Shown piece after piece: positions 13,455 through 25,380 of a stretch of 64,000 nucleotides of DNA. Made by a program: the position numbers and the translations under genes. Source of the DNA: Neoechinorhynchus agilis (Eukaryota > Animalia > Acanthocephala); the NCBI GenBank assembly GCA_051530055.1, contig CM121341.1:2322638-2386637 (forward strand). The letters are read 5' to 3'. The notes beneath the pieces are model-generated. The model was given only the letters and a program-made list of their open reading frames with translations, made no database searches and had not been told where the DNA came from. Position 1 is the first letter of the stretch. Every line of letters begins with the position of its first letter.

Positions 13455-14420
13455 TTTTTCCCATACGCGGCCGAATGGACACACAGTCCACCGATTTCGG
13501 TCTGGGAAGCGCTCAATGCACCAAGACCGAACGGTTAAAAGTTTGACCATCCCTCCGGATCCTCAGGTGCCTCCGAGGAGGCGGGACTCATCAGTGAGTT
13601 TCCTCCCTTCAGCGGTATTTCGTTCCCTTTGGTTGTGCATCATCGGTGGTTACGGATTCGGGCCCTTTGACCGTAAATGGGGATCAGGAGCATTAGTCCA
13701 CTTGACCACCTCAGCACTAACTTCGAAAAGGTTTTCTGATTTTTAGAATTTTTATGAGTAGCTCAGCCGGTAGTCTTTTTTGATAGATTTTTTTCCCATA
13801 CGCGGCCGAATGGACACACAGTCGATCGATTTCGGTCTGGAAAGCGCTGGTCTGCGCTCAATGCCCCAAGACCACCGCCGATGACGCACAACCAAAGGGA
13901 ACGAAATACCTAGTTGAAGGGAGGAAACTCACTGATGAGTCCTGTCTACTAATCCGTAGGGATTCACTCGAGCTTAAAACCTGAATTAGAAAAACATATT
14001 ATTTTTTTAGATGACTGATGAGGCGAGGTCACCTCGCGAAATATTTCCAATAAATCAAGGACTGTGTGTCCATTCGGCCGCGTATGGGAAAAAATCTATC
14101 AAAAAAGACTACCGGCTGAGCCGCCCATAAAAATTCTAAAAATCAGAAAACCTTTTCGAAGTTTAAGAGGTAAATTTGTACATTCCGTAGTTGTGCTGAG
14201 GTGGTCAAGTGGACTAATGCTCCTGATCCCCATTTATGGTCAAAGAGTCCGAATCCGTAACCACCGATGACACACAATCAAAGGGAACGAAATACCGCTG
14301 AATGGAGGAAACTCACGGATGAGTCCCGCCTCCTCAAAGATATCTGAGAATCCGGAGGGATGGTCAAACTTTTAACCGTTCGGTCTTGGTGCATTGAGCG
14401 CTTCCCAGACCGAAATCGAA
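13455..14420. mobile_element. Cluster of rearranged copies (both orientations) of a ~300-350-bp SINE-like family with a tRNA-like head
   Basis: Shared blocks CCATTCGGCCGCGTATGGGAAAAA and GCTGAGGTGGTCAAGTGGACTAATGC recur at 13455-13720 (-), 13790-13975 and 14060-14418 (+). A-box-like TGGTCAAGTGG at 14202-14212; B-box-like GAGTCCGAATCC at 14245-14256. Confidence 0.7.
14011..14052 (+). ncRNA. Minimal type I hammerhead ribozyme motif (Penelope-type)
   Basis: CTGATGA-G-GCGAGG-tca-CCTCGC-GAAA-TAT-T; stem II perfect, stem I weak. Confidence 0.65.
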
Positions 14421-14607
14421 CTTTAAAACATCCATTGTCTGAATAGAGCAAAAACTCTTTGGATACAAAAATGACTAGTGGCGAATATGTGAAGCTGCAA
14501 GATTTTTTTAATTGGTTAAAATTTCTTTAGTGACTAATAGAAAAAAGCCACACTAAAGCCAAAAGATTGTTTTTCTACGAATGTTTGTTATCTTTTTCTA
14601 GTCCCCT

Positions 14608-15636
14608 CTAGTTCATTGATTTATCTAAAGCTTGTTTGATGTTGTCAAATGAATCTCGTCCCATGTAGTCGACGTTTCCTTGTTCCCATTCCCGTCTTGC
14701 GGACATATCATTGTCTTTAGTCTCAGCGTGGTGTTGGGCTTGTGTATGTGTGTGTTCAACTATTGCCGGCATTGAAATATAAGTGTACGTGTGAACGTAG
14801 TCCATGTTTTCATGATCCATAAGAGGCTTTACATGAGTGTTGAACATTGACCACCAATACGAATAGACTTCTTGTTGAGTAGGATCAACCTTCGTGACGA
14901 TACCTGAATTATTATCATAACTAGTTGCCCATGGTCTTGGAAAGCAGAATTGAACAATCTTCAGTGTATTTTTAAAATTGGCCAGGGCTGGCTGGTAAGA
15001 ATAGAATATATTTGGAGTTACATTGTAGATGAATGGCAACTGCTTTTGAATATCCTCATGTGCCCAGTTTGAATAGAAGTCGTTTAAAAGGTTGTGAATG
15101 GATTCCGAGCATGAAAGCTGTTGTTGATCTGAAGGCGCTAATGGACAAGCGGCCAGAAGATCCGGATTGGAAAAGAGTTTGCTCACTAAGGAACGGTAAG
15201 TGTCGAGGTTTGGACGAAAAACGAAAACTCCGGTGTTGAAATGGTCTGGCCATCGACTATCTGGAGATGCCGATAATTCCTCCCTTGAAAATAAATCATA
15301 AATATCGGAAACTAAGACGCACGTAGGTGCAATGTATACACATTTGGAAAATTGGACGCAGAGTTTCCAGCATTGTAATGCACAGACTGCTTGTTTTATC
15401 TCTTGTTTTCCGTCTTTAATGTCTTGTTCCGGAGAGAGGAAGATCACTTCGTCAAAGATTTTGGAGATCAGTACTAGTGATTTTTGCGACACGCTATCCC
15501 TGAGGATTAGGCAGCAGAGTTTAACGTCGGGATGATTAACTTTGCTGATTTGTTTTATCGATTGACCGAGCACCATTGCTCCGATCGCCTCGCCTTCATT
15601 GAGTGCAGTTGTGACATAGGCATTCTCGGTCTTCAT
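14608..15636 (-). CDS. GYG1: Glycogenin-like protein, probably catalytically impaired
   Basis: GT8 motifs EELSASPDSRWPDHFNTGVFV and LPFIYN; C-terminal glycogen-synthase-binding motif WEQGNVDYMGRDSFDNIK; the DxD position reads APT. Confidence 0.9.
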   Translation of the reverse strand: MKTENAYVTTALNEGEAIGAMVLGQSIKQISKVNHPDVKLCCLILRDSVSQKSLVLISKIFDEVIFLSPEQDIKDGKQEIKQAVCALQCWKLCVQFSKCVYIAPTCVLVSDIYDLFSREELSASPDSRWPDHFNTGVFVFRPNLDTYRSLVSKLFSNPDLLAACPLAPSDQQQLSCSESIHNLLNDFYSNWAHEDIQKQLPFIYNVTPNIFYSYQPALANFKNTLKIVQFCFPRPWATSYDNNSGIVTKVDPTQQEVYSYWWSMFNTHVKPLMDHENMDYVHTYTYISMPAIVEHTHTQAQHHAETKDNDMSARREWEQGNVDYMGRDSFDNIKQALDKSMN

Positions 15637-16242
15637 CTTGGGTGAGAGAACGAATAGAGTGTTTTAATTTCTTTTAGCAAAAGAAGGGAAGGATTTTAAT
15701 GAAATTTATCATAGCTCCGAGTCTAAAACACCTAAACTTGGGAAAGTGTACGATCTGTTCATGTAGAAGAAGTACAAGAGTCATTTGGTGTGAGACAAAG
15801 GAATAGACAGAGAAGTGATTCATAGTTTCTAAGAGTGACAGCGACGCCATTCTCTATGAGACAATTAGCTGGATTATCGAACTCTTTCACTGTCTGTTGC
15901 TTTTTGGGTTAGACTTGTCGTTTGAGCAAACTCCCCCCGCTCGCTATATATCTACTGACAGCGTTTGTGTATGTGTGAGAGAGTGATAATCGTACTAAAA
16001 GACTCAGCATCGCTCAAATACCGGATAGTGAACATCAGTGAGTTGGGATGATGATGAAGGTGCGTGTTTCCCAGGAAAACAGCACACACACAGTAACGAA
16101 ATGATCTGTTGGTGATGAGATTGACGGGGAGAAATGGTGCCGTGTAGCGCTTTATAGAAGAAGATATGTGGAAAGCAGCATGGAAGAGAAAGCATTATCT
16201 GTGTCTTTCAAACACTAGAGATACACGATGTATGCTACACCT

Positions 16243-18138
16243 GCATCATTATGGTTAGCCATTCTAGGACGATTTCTGTGTAAACATGGCTTAAATGGAG
16301 AATTTAATTTGAAGAACCAACCTGTTATAGTCTTATCATTGACAGTTGTGTCTAAAGGTTTGATCGCCAACGAATTATGGTTAGCCTTTTTAGGACGATT
16401 TCTGTGTAAACACGGCTTAAATGGAGAATTTAATTTGAAGAACCAACCTGTTATAGTCTTATCATTGACAGTTGTGTCTAAAGGTTTGATCGCCAACGAA
16501 TTATGGTTAGCCATTTTAGGACGATTTCTGTGTAAACATGGCTTAAATGGAGAATTTAATTTGAAGAACCAACCTGTTATAGTCTTATCATTGACAGTTG
16601 TGTCTAAAGGTTTGATCGCCAACGAATTATGGTTAGCCTTTTTAGGACGATTTCTGTGTAAACACGGCTTAAATGGAGAATTTAATTTGAAGAACCAACC
16701 TGTTATAGTCTTATCATTGACAGTTGTGTCTAAAGGTTTGATCGCCAACGAATTATGGTTAGCCTTTTTAGGACGATTTCTGTGTAAACATGGCTTAAAT
16801 GGAGAATTTAATTTGAAGAACCAACCTGTTATAGTCTTATCATTGACAGTTGTGTCTAAAGGTTTGATCGCCAACGAATTATGGTTAGCCATTTTAGGAC
16901 GATTTCTGTGTAAACACGGCTTAAATGGAGAATTTAATTTGAAGAACCAACCTGTTATAGTCTTATCATTGACAGTTGTGTCTAAAGGTTTGATCGCCAA
17001 CGAATTATGGTTAGCCTTTTTAGGACGATTTCTGTGTAAACACGGCTTAAATGGAGAATTTAATTTGAAGAACCAACCTGTTATAGTCTTATCATTGACA
17101 GTTGTGTCTAAAGGTTTGATCGCCAACGAATTATGGTTAGCCTTTTTAGGACGATTTCTGTGTAAACATGGCTTAAATGGAGAATTTAATTTGAAGAACC
17201 AACCTGTTATAGTCTTATCATTGACAGTTGTGTCTAAAGGTTTGATCGCCAACGAATTATGGTTAGCCTTTTTAGGACGATTTCTGTGTAAACACGGCTT
17301 AAATGGAGAATTTAATTTGAAGAACCAACCTGTTATAGTCTTATCATTGACAGTTGTGTCTAAAGGTTTGATCGCCAACGAATTATGGTTAGCCTTTTTA
17401 GGACGATTTCTGTGTAAACACGGCTTAAATGGAGAATTTAATTTGAAGAACCAACCTGTTATAGTCTTATCATTGACAGTTGTGTCTAAAGGTTTGATCG
17501 CCAACGAATTATGGTTAGCCTTTTTAGGACGATTTCTGTGTAAACACGGCTTAAATGGAGAATTTAATTTGAAGAACCAACCTGTTATAGTCTTATCATT
17601 GACAGTTGTGTCTAAAGGTTTGATCGCCAACGAATTATGGTTAGCCTTTTTAGGACGATTTCTGTGTAAACATGGCTTAAATGGAGAATTTAATTTGAAG
17701 AACCAACCTGTTATAGTCTTATCATTGACAGTTGTGTCTAAAGGTTTGATCGCCAACGAATTATGGTTAGCCTTTTTAGGACGATTTCTGTGTAAACACG
17801 GCTTAAATGGAGAATTTAATTTGAAGAACCAACCTGTTATAGTCTTATCATTGACAGTTGTGTCTAAAGGTTTGATCGCCAACGAATTATGGTTAGCCTT
17901 TTTAGGACGATTTCTGTGTAAACACGGCTTAAATGGAGAATTTAATTTGAAGAACCAACCTGTTATAGTCTTATCATTGACAGTTGTGTCTAAAGGTTTG
18001 ATCGCCAACGAATTATGGTTAGCCTTTTTAGGACGATTTCTGTGTAAACATGGCTTAAATGGAGAATTTAATTTGAAGAACCAACCTGTTATAGTCTTAT
18101 CATTGACAGTTGTGTCTAAACGTTTGATCGCCAACGAA
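16243..18138. repeat. Homogeneous tandem array, about 16 copies of a 120-bp unit
   Basis: TTATGGTTAGCC... recurs every 120 bp with only a few variant sites; explains the two 660-aa repeat ORFs. Confidence 0.97.
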
Positions 18139-19554
18139 ATGACTAAACGAGCTACAACATTCAATGTTTCCCCCCCCCCTTTCAACATTTTTACCACTCC
18201 CCCAACCCACACCTAAAAATGTTTCGTTTAACGCGTTTTCGATGCAACAATGGCTATCCGTGAAATGCGAGGAAAAATTAATTAGAACCTAATGTGTGAA
18301 TATTCAATTATCGATTAGATGAGATACGTATTTAGCAAAACTCACGGAAACAGAAGGTACGTTGAAGATAAATTTCTTCAAAACGAAATCGATTGCATCT
18401 ATGGGCGCCGACGAATGTTTACTTCTTTAAAAGCATTTGAGTGTTAGCAAGGCTCTAACAAGAATTTCGTCTAATCTATCGCACCGAGAAGCGGAGATTC
18501 TTAAGGGCATTTCGAACACCAAACTACAACCAAGCGAATTTAAGTGGTGTATTCCTAGCAAGACAAGAACTAAGACTTTCTCCCCGTCATTTCAAATAGG
18601 CCCTTGTTTAGCAACCTCATATCTTCCCTATGTTTTTTGAATGACAAAATCAACTCACGTCGACGAGCTCGAACGCAAGTTGACGCTCATCTTTGATTGT
18701 TGTGCGCCAACTTTCAGAAATGACATTTCCGCACTTTTCAATTGTCCCGAGACAGACAGAAGACGAAACGTATTTGAATAGTTCGCTTTTTTTCAAACCT
18801 AGAACATTCGAGATTATTGCTGGAGTTATTTTGTAGCGAAAAAAGGTCAAAATAAAAGAGCGATTTCACTAATTGAGTCCGACTGAACGCATTTTTGCTT
18901 AATTTGAAGTATGTGTTTCAGACGGAGCCTAATGATCAGTCGTTCACTTTATCCATTAAACGCTCTTCGGGAACACAATCAACACATCCATAATTTTAAA
19001 TTTGAAACATAATCTAGACGTACTGTTAGCAAAGCACAATCTTTACAAAACGAATCACTCTACAGTTTGTGCAAACATGGCAGTTCTAATGTTTTACCAA
19101 TATTTTTCTCTTTAATAAGTGCAGTCGAGGAGATGAAATAGAGTTTTGGCTCTTTGCATTGTTAAATTCCAGCTATCGACCAATAAAACATCAGAATGGT
19201 TCAAACGCAATGCTTTATAATTTTTCTATAAGCATTGTCAGAACACTTTTCAATGATAGACACTGCTCGGTTTTTTTCAAACCATAAGACTATTCGCTAA
19301 TTTTAGTAGCGAAAAAACGTTCTTTAGCTTTTACCATTGTGCATTACCATAACCTATAGCGAACTCGAATATAAAGATAGTACGGATCGACACTTTTGAT
19401 TAACTAAACACCTGAATGATTGTTGGTAAAAAAGTACATTTTCAAACTCCCAAAGCCATCATCGCCAAATAAATGTTTCCTTAGGATACAGTTACATTTC
19501 TACAAGATTAATGAATAACGGAACCATTCTTTGCTTATTCTTGAGAGTGCCACT

Positions 19555-20340
19555 ACTTATGTGCCATTCGGAGAAATAATCGTGTAGCCCAGCTTCTTGT
19601 TTCAACTGTCATATAAAAATTTCTGATTTTCAACCTTTTCCTTACCAAAAAGATTTTATTCACGCGCTGCACAGCCAAGCTTTTGTTTTGTCGGAGGAAT
19701 GCTCCTGATCTCGGATCGCCAGTGATTCGTTTAAGTCTTTCGACGGATGATACAAGAAAGATCAAATCGATCATTGAAGAAGCAGGTGACGAGTTAAACC
19801 TGCTTCTTCAATGATCGATTTGATCTTTCTTGTATCATCCGTCGAAATTTCATCCTGCTGGATACGAATGGCGTCCCAGAGAAGGCATTTTCCTTCTCGC
19901 CACGGGAATACTGTGACACCGTCCGGTCTACGGCCATCGATTCGGCAAAAATTGCCCGGCTGTAGGATGTTGGGCGCATTCACAGTATTCAGGGCACGAC
20001 TAAGAGAATTGCGTTCACTTCGGCGTGTCGTGAGTACCTTCCGCCTGATTGCCGATAGATGAGACCATGGCGTCCCGATGGTTCCACGGTCGCTCCACAA
20101 CAGCCCCGATTGGAAGCGCACATCGGTACTCCAAGTCTCAGCGACGCTGCAATCCTTACTGTCTCGTCGGAGAGAGGAGTACATGAGCCAAGCACCCGAT
20201 TCTCTTGTAGAGACTGCCGGCAATCGAGATCGGTTCACCAGATTACAAACTGTCGCACATTTTGCAATTTTTAAAAATCGCACTTTATCGTTTATTAAAA
20301 GATTCGAAGTTTTGGAAAATTCTGTTAGACACATACTTTT
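19555..20340 (-). mobile_element. CRE-clade retrotransposon 3' fragment (RLE domain), degenerate
   Basis: STRESGAW, RIAASLRLG, GRYSRHAEVN, DGRRPDGVTVFPWREGKCLLWD, ITGDPRSGAFLRQN.SLAVQR. Confidence 0.85.
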
Positions 20341-20399
20341 AGCCAATTACAAATCGCACGACTCTTTTCCTGGGTTTTTTATTTAAACAAAATCTATTG

Positions 20400-22724
20400 T
20401 CAATTGTTCGTGGTGGTGGTGGTGGTGGTCGAGGTCAAAGGCGCTCGTTGTCCCCTCCGTGGCCGTCGTCCTCTTTGTGCCCCCCTCGGCGGTGGCAATC
20501 CGACAACGCCACCTTCGGAATTCCTTAAATGAGGAGGTACATATCGTGGAGCATCAACAACTTGAACTATAGGTTTTGCTTTTTGCTTCGAACCTGGCCC
20601 ATTTTCGTTCTTTGCGGCATTGGCAGCCTTATTCAACATCTTATCTACATCGGAGTTTGTCAATGGCTGATACCTTCGCTGCTTGAACTGGACGTCATAT
20701 AGAGGCTCAGTGCATGCAACACGGTACTGGGAAACACCGGTCAAATCAAATAGTTCGTATTGATTGTCCTGTCGAAGACGGGGAGTTGTTGTGGCTGCGA
20801 TTAAGAACCGTCCACAGCTAGAGAATCGGAAACAGGTCGGCGTCGTTAGATTCCTAGCAGAAACGAGTTGATATTTGGCCAATAAGTAACTGTGTGGCTC
20901 GAGTTTCCCTTCATCGCTCGATTTTGGATGGCTTTTAGTTTTTCGGTGCCATATCTCCAAATACCCAGGAACATTACCGCTACCCGTCAATGCAAGACAA
21001 TGTCCATTGGGCGCGTATAATGCCCCGTTTCGCATCTTTTGACCTTCACGAACCAATGCTTGTTTCTTAGTGATATTGGGATGAACAATGTAAACAGCAA
21101 CCTTTGACTGAGCAAACACGACGCAAAACTCAGCGCTAAGTCCTGTGCCAAGTGGTCGCATCGCAACCGCATGGACGGTCCGCTCATTACCCATTTCTAT
21201 CGGTTGAAAATTCTCTGTCGATTCATTAACGTTTATAAAGTATAGACTCGATAATCCGTAACCAGAAAAATGCCTCAAGACAGATCATAATGTCGAAAGC
21301 GATTAGGCAAAGTGAGTTAAAAAACGAAGAACAAATTAGAATTATTGTTTAGAATTCTATACCGGCGGTAAATGATTATTTCGATTAAAAACGTTCAGTT
21401 GAACAAATTGATCAATTCGAACTCTATAACTTTTAAAAAGATCAGCTCCATGTACTCAACAGTTGAATATAAAGTTTACAATTAATGCGTTAAAATGTAA
21501 CCAAATTGGTTATTCGAAATCACATTTAAAACAAAAGAGCTAACTCAAAAAGACGCAAATCCCTAAATTTCCGTTTTCTTCGACATTAAATGATGTTAAA
21601 AGATCGACTCTTCATGATTTCGGCAACGATTCATGCATATCAGACGGTCCAAACATAAACGTAAAGTTATCGACCCGAATCCGGCGAGACTAAATGGTAA
21701 ACATTGTCGATAGCCCAATGTCAATTTGTAAATCCAAGATAAAAAAGGTTTAAAATGTCACTAAAATGGATGGATCGATGAAACGGCATTATTGAAAAAT
21801 AAAATTGAGGCACTTTTCATCCGTAATAGGATTTGGAAGAAGTTTTTGAGTTTTTGACAAGGGTCAAAACACCGGACCCTTCCGGTGTCCATTGGAGTTC
21901 CACTGATTCGATAATTGCAAGAGTCAATGCATTCATGGGCTTTTCCAGATCGAAATCAGCGCCGGGGACCCGTCTAACGATTTGGACCGTGGAATGCTGA
22001 GCGTTTTTTGGTGGCTGACAATACAAAGCAACGGTATTTGGGCACGTTGGAGAAATAGCGAAAGTTCTAAGGTTTTTAAGATGAAGACTCGTAATGCCGT
22101 CTTTGTCAAAAGTATCGTCTTTGCATCGTTTGAAAAATCTAAGGCTAGGTTCCTGATAGACGCAAAGTATTTGTTCATCCGTCGACCATATTGGTTCCCA
22201 GAGATTATCACTAGGCTGTTTAAAGCTCAGAACTGGGTTTAAATTGCTCCTTGGAGGGAAAATCAACAGATTGGGAGGACTTTCAGCCGTTGTTTTATAG
22301 ACGGTTTTGTGGAGAGCAATGTACGAATCTAACGGACTGAACACTGCACTGTCACAGCCATGAGTAGACCGGTGGATAATTTTCTTAGTTGCAGTATCCA
22401 ATAAAATTGTGCTAAAGAGAGAAAAGTGATGTTTAGTCTAAAATTAAAACTAACCTTTCATCGCCACCAATGAGTAAAAGACCGCCTCCATGAGAATAAA
22501 CCGTACATCTGCAATCTTTTAAATCTAACCTTAAGACGAGTTAAAAAAATTAAAAATCTTTAAAACCAAATTAAACTTACTCAGTCTCCGATACGTTATT
22601 TTCTTGGCTAAATTCGACGTCAGTGACAGTAACCCGGTTCTTGTATCGCGCTTAATTCAAAAAGCATTTAAATATCTTTCTTAAAGAACCAACACTGACC
22701 ACAAAACTGCGTCCTCGAATCCAT
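20400..22724 (-). CDS. EIF2A: Eukaryotic translation initiation factor 2A; three short canonical 5' introns plus a 565-nt atypical insert (about 21818-21254)
   Basis: SKSYYG...LYFI, ALTGSGNVPGYLEIW, AATTTPRLRQDN, YVPPHLRN. ATG at 22724; GT-AG introns near 22700-22650, 22580-22530 and 22455-22415. Confidence 0.9.
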
Positions 22725-23106
22725 CCTCCAAATTACGATGACAAAACTGAGAATAACGTGCTTTTTGCCTTTCTTTCGTATCTGAAACACTTCAATATTT
22801 TGGCGTTGGGCGCAATCGATTATAGCCAATTGGTGATTTTATCGCGTTTTGTGACGTGTGCGCTGTCGATTTTCGCACTGCTGGCCATGATTGTGAGCTT
22901 TTTTGTCCATGTCATGCAAATTTCACTAAATGGTCGAGAATCGTCAATGGTTTTTTATGGCGCAGAAAATTAGTGTGGATTAAGCGCTTTATTTCTTCAC
23001 CGTTTGCCTCAAGAAAGATTAAAATGAATTTAAAATCCGGTATTAGCACCTAAAAAAACACTGAAAAACAATTTTGTCGAATTATCTAGCAGACGATTTG
23101 ATCGTC

Positions 23107-23168
23107 GATAAACGCGTACAATCTTGTAAGCTTCCGAAACTAATCGGCAGTTTAAAATCATTTTAATC
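23107..23168. repeat. Dispersed ~55-bp element (second copy at about 28703-28770)
   Basis: GATAAACGCGTACAATCTTGTAAGCTTCCGAAACWAATCGGCARTTTAAAAT is present at both loci. Confidence 0.9.
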
Positions 23169-23225
23169 TTTCTTCGCATCAGAAAAAAATATGAACAGTT
23201 CAATCTTCAAATAATTTTCTATAAA

Positions 23226-23300
23226 AATAGAGACTGATTTGTTAATTGCCAATAACGTCCGACGGACGAAATATTGACAATTAATAAATCAGTCTCTATT
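23226..23300. other. 75-nt near-perfect hairpin in the eIF2A/RER1 divergent intergenic region
   Basis: AATAGAGACTGATTTGTTAATTGCCAATA pairs with TATTGACAATTAATAAATCAGTCTCTATT (one G-U, one mismatch); inner CGTCC-gac-GGACG. Confidence 0.85.
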
Positions 23301-23611
23301 CTTCTAATCACCAAAGAACACTCACTGTCTTGGCAATTTAAGAGGCGTCGTTAGCTATATTTCTCACAAAAATAGCGTTGAACTCTGTTCTTTAGGCTGA
23401 TTGCCTTTATAAAACAATTTTTGAATTCATTGTGGTTTTTTTGAACAATTTTTTTACCCATTAATTTTCGATTTTACGTGCTTTTATTCTTTTTTTTTGT
23501 AAAGAAATGGTTCAAAGAAGATTTTTTTTGCATTATCACCTACAAGTCTTGATTGCTTTCAAAATGTTTAGACAAACCATTCTCCCGCCTTGGGAGACTA
23601 TCTGATACAGG

Positions 23612-24274
23612 ATGCTTAATGACTACATGACAATTCCTCAGCAACCACCGCTAACTCCGGTTTCTCCAATCCCTCCGTCTCTTCAAACATCATCATCGTC
23701 GAAATCACCACCAGCGGCAACAGCCGTTGCCCCAAACGTCTTATATGCTCGATACCAATCATTGCTCGATCAATTAGTCGTGTTTCCGTTCTTCCGATGG
23801 ATAATGGTATTAGTATTGATCATAGCGTTCTTTATTCGGATGGTTCGTGTCCATGGATTCTATATTGTCGCATACGTGGCAGGAATATTTTTGCTCAATC
23901 AATTGGTTCAATTCTTAACTCCACGATTCTTACCATCAGCTGCTGCTTCAACCGGTAAATCGTCGGAATCGACCGCGATTCCCAGGAACCTCAGTGATGA
24001 ATTTCGACCATTTGATCGACGACTAAAAGAGTTTGATTTCTGGCTTGTGTCAATCAAGACCTGCATCGCCTCACTCGTTTGTACTCTATTTCCTTTTCTC
24101 GACTGTCCAGTCTATTGGCCGATTTTACTCATGTACTTTTGCACACTATTCTTCGTCACCATGAGACAACAAGTGTACTTTATGATCAAGTACCGCTATG
24201 TGCCCTTCAGCTACGGAAAAGCTAGGTATGGAACTGCTCAAAATTCAAAGAAAGGAAACATATTCATGTCGTGA
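23612..24274 (+). CDS. RER1: RER1 retention-in-ER sorting receptor
   Basis: DEFRPFDRRLKEFDFW, PVYWPILLMYF, MIKYRYVPFSYGK. Confidence 0.95.
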   Translation: MLNDYMTIPQQPPLTPVSPIPPSLQTSSSSKSPPAATAVAPNVLYARYQSLLDQLVVFPFFRWIMVLVLIIAFFIRMVRVHGFYIVAYVAGIFLLNQLVQFLTPRFLPSAAASTGKSSESTAIPRNLSDEFRPFDRRLKEFDFWLVSIKTCIASLVCTLFPFLDCPVYWPILLMYFCTLFFVTMRQQVYFMIKYRYVPFSYGKARYGTAQNSKKGNIFMS

Positions 24275-25380
24275 AGAAATCGTGAGCGAAAAACATGGGA
24301 GTTCATTGCTTGAATAAAGGGCCTAAGTCGTTTTCCAGGGAGATTTGGCTAATCCAATAAGCCAGGCGGTCGTAACAAGTCGTATTTCAAGAACCGTTTT
24401 GATCGGGGGGCGCTCAATCTTATCGCTTCTTGATCATGCTCGATTGCCACCATCTATTTTATTCTAATGAAAAATCTCAAATAAATCTATTGATGTCGTC
24501 AACTTTTTTTTTCTAAGTGCCGAAATTGTGGAAATGACACACCTTAATTTTTTGAAATAATATCTCTTTCCTTAGCCCCTAATTCCGTAGACCACCATAT
24601 CCGGGTGCAGCTTCAGTAGTCTTTTCGGACGAACTCTGTATCGCTGTAGGATCTCGGCGTTTGCTCCATTCACCTCAATTTTAACATTCCATGATAGCGA
24701 TTTTGGACGCTGTTCGCAATTGGACAGCTTTCGGCGGTAACAATACGAATCACTTTTAGATATATAATCGTTTCTGGTTGATCCGATTAATCGGTGATTT
24801 GACTTTATGTTACACTCATCGGTTCTTGAGAATTTGGCCCGGATTCGAATACCTTTTGGATTTAGAACAATCCTTTATACGTCGATCGTACGCCAATTGA
24901 TCGATCTAGCATTTTCGGATCAGTAGTACTCAGTCTGTTTGAAAAAACCTGAGTACATTTTTGGAATCAGCGCGTTGAGTTGCACTTAATGAACGTGACT
25001 ACAAAACATAAACGCTTTTTCACATACATCGAGCTTTGATTTGCTGTGTTGAAATGTGAAACATCCGTGTTTTCCAAACGCGCGTCTAAATTCAGGTGAA
25101 ACACACAAGCCATAAATCCGAATACACGATTTTGCTAATTTCAAAGCGAAGTGTTATTCTTTTTAATGGTTAGCCGGTTATATTGATCCAATGTGTTTTT
25201 TTAGAACATCTCTTACTCGACTTATTTTAACTTTTAAGTGATCGAATCACTTCTCTGATACAAGAGATCGGTTTGGTTGTATGCCCAAGGAAGAAGGAAA
25301 ATAAGCCGAGTAAGGGATATCGTAAAAAAACATTGAATCAATATAACCACTTACCAGTAAACATTAAAGAATTCAACACT

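Noticed and set aside
13540-13605. Hammerhead within the SINE body (CTGATGAGTCCC...GGGAT-GGTCAAAC, minus strand)
   Set aside because: No GAAA after stem II and no stem I; CTGA is the loop of an ACTCA/TGAGT hairpin and varies between copies.
14190-14265. Functional tRNA gene
   Set aside because: A/B-box-like motifs only; I could not build a cloverleaf or anticodon arm.
15126-15162. Hairpin in the glycogenin insertion as another cryptic intron
   Set aside because: Short stem; removal does not restore the conserved GGDQG spacing.
16243-18138. CRISPR array, or mariner transposase origin of the 120-bp unit
   Set aside because: No unique spacers and the context is eukaryotic; the KTITG..RP resemblance to mariner is too short to support.
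24350-25150. Possible multi-exon gene on the minus strand
   Set aside because: Some open stretches and splice-like sites, but I could not assemble a consistent frame.
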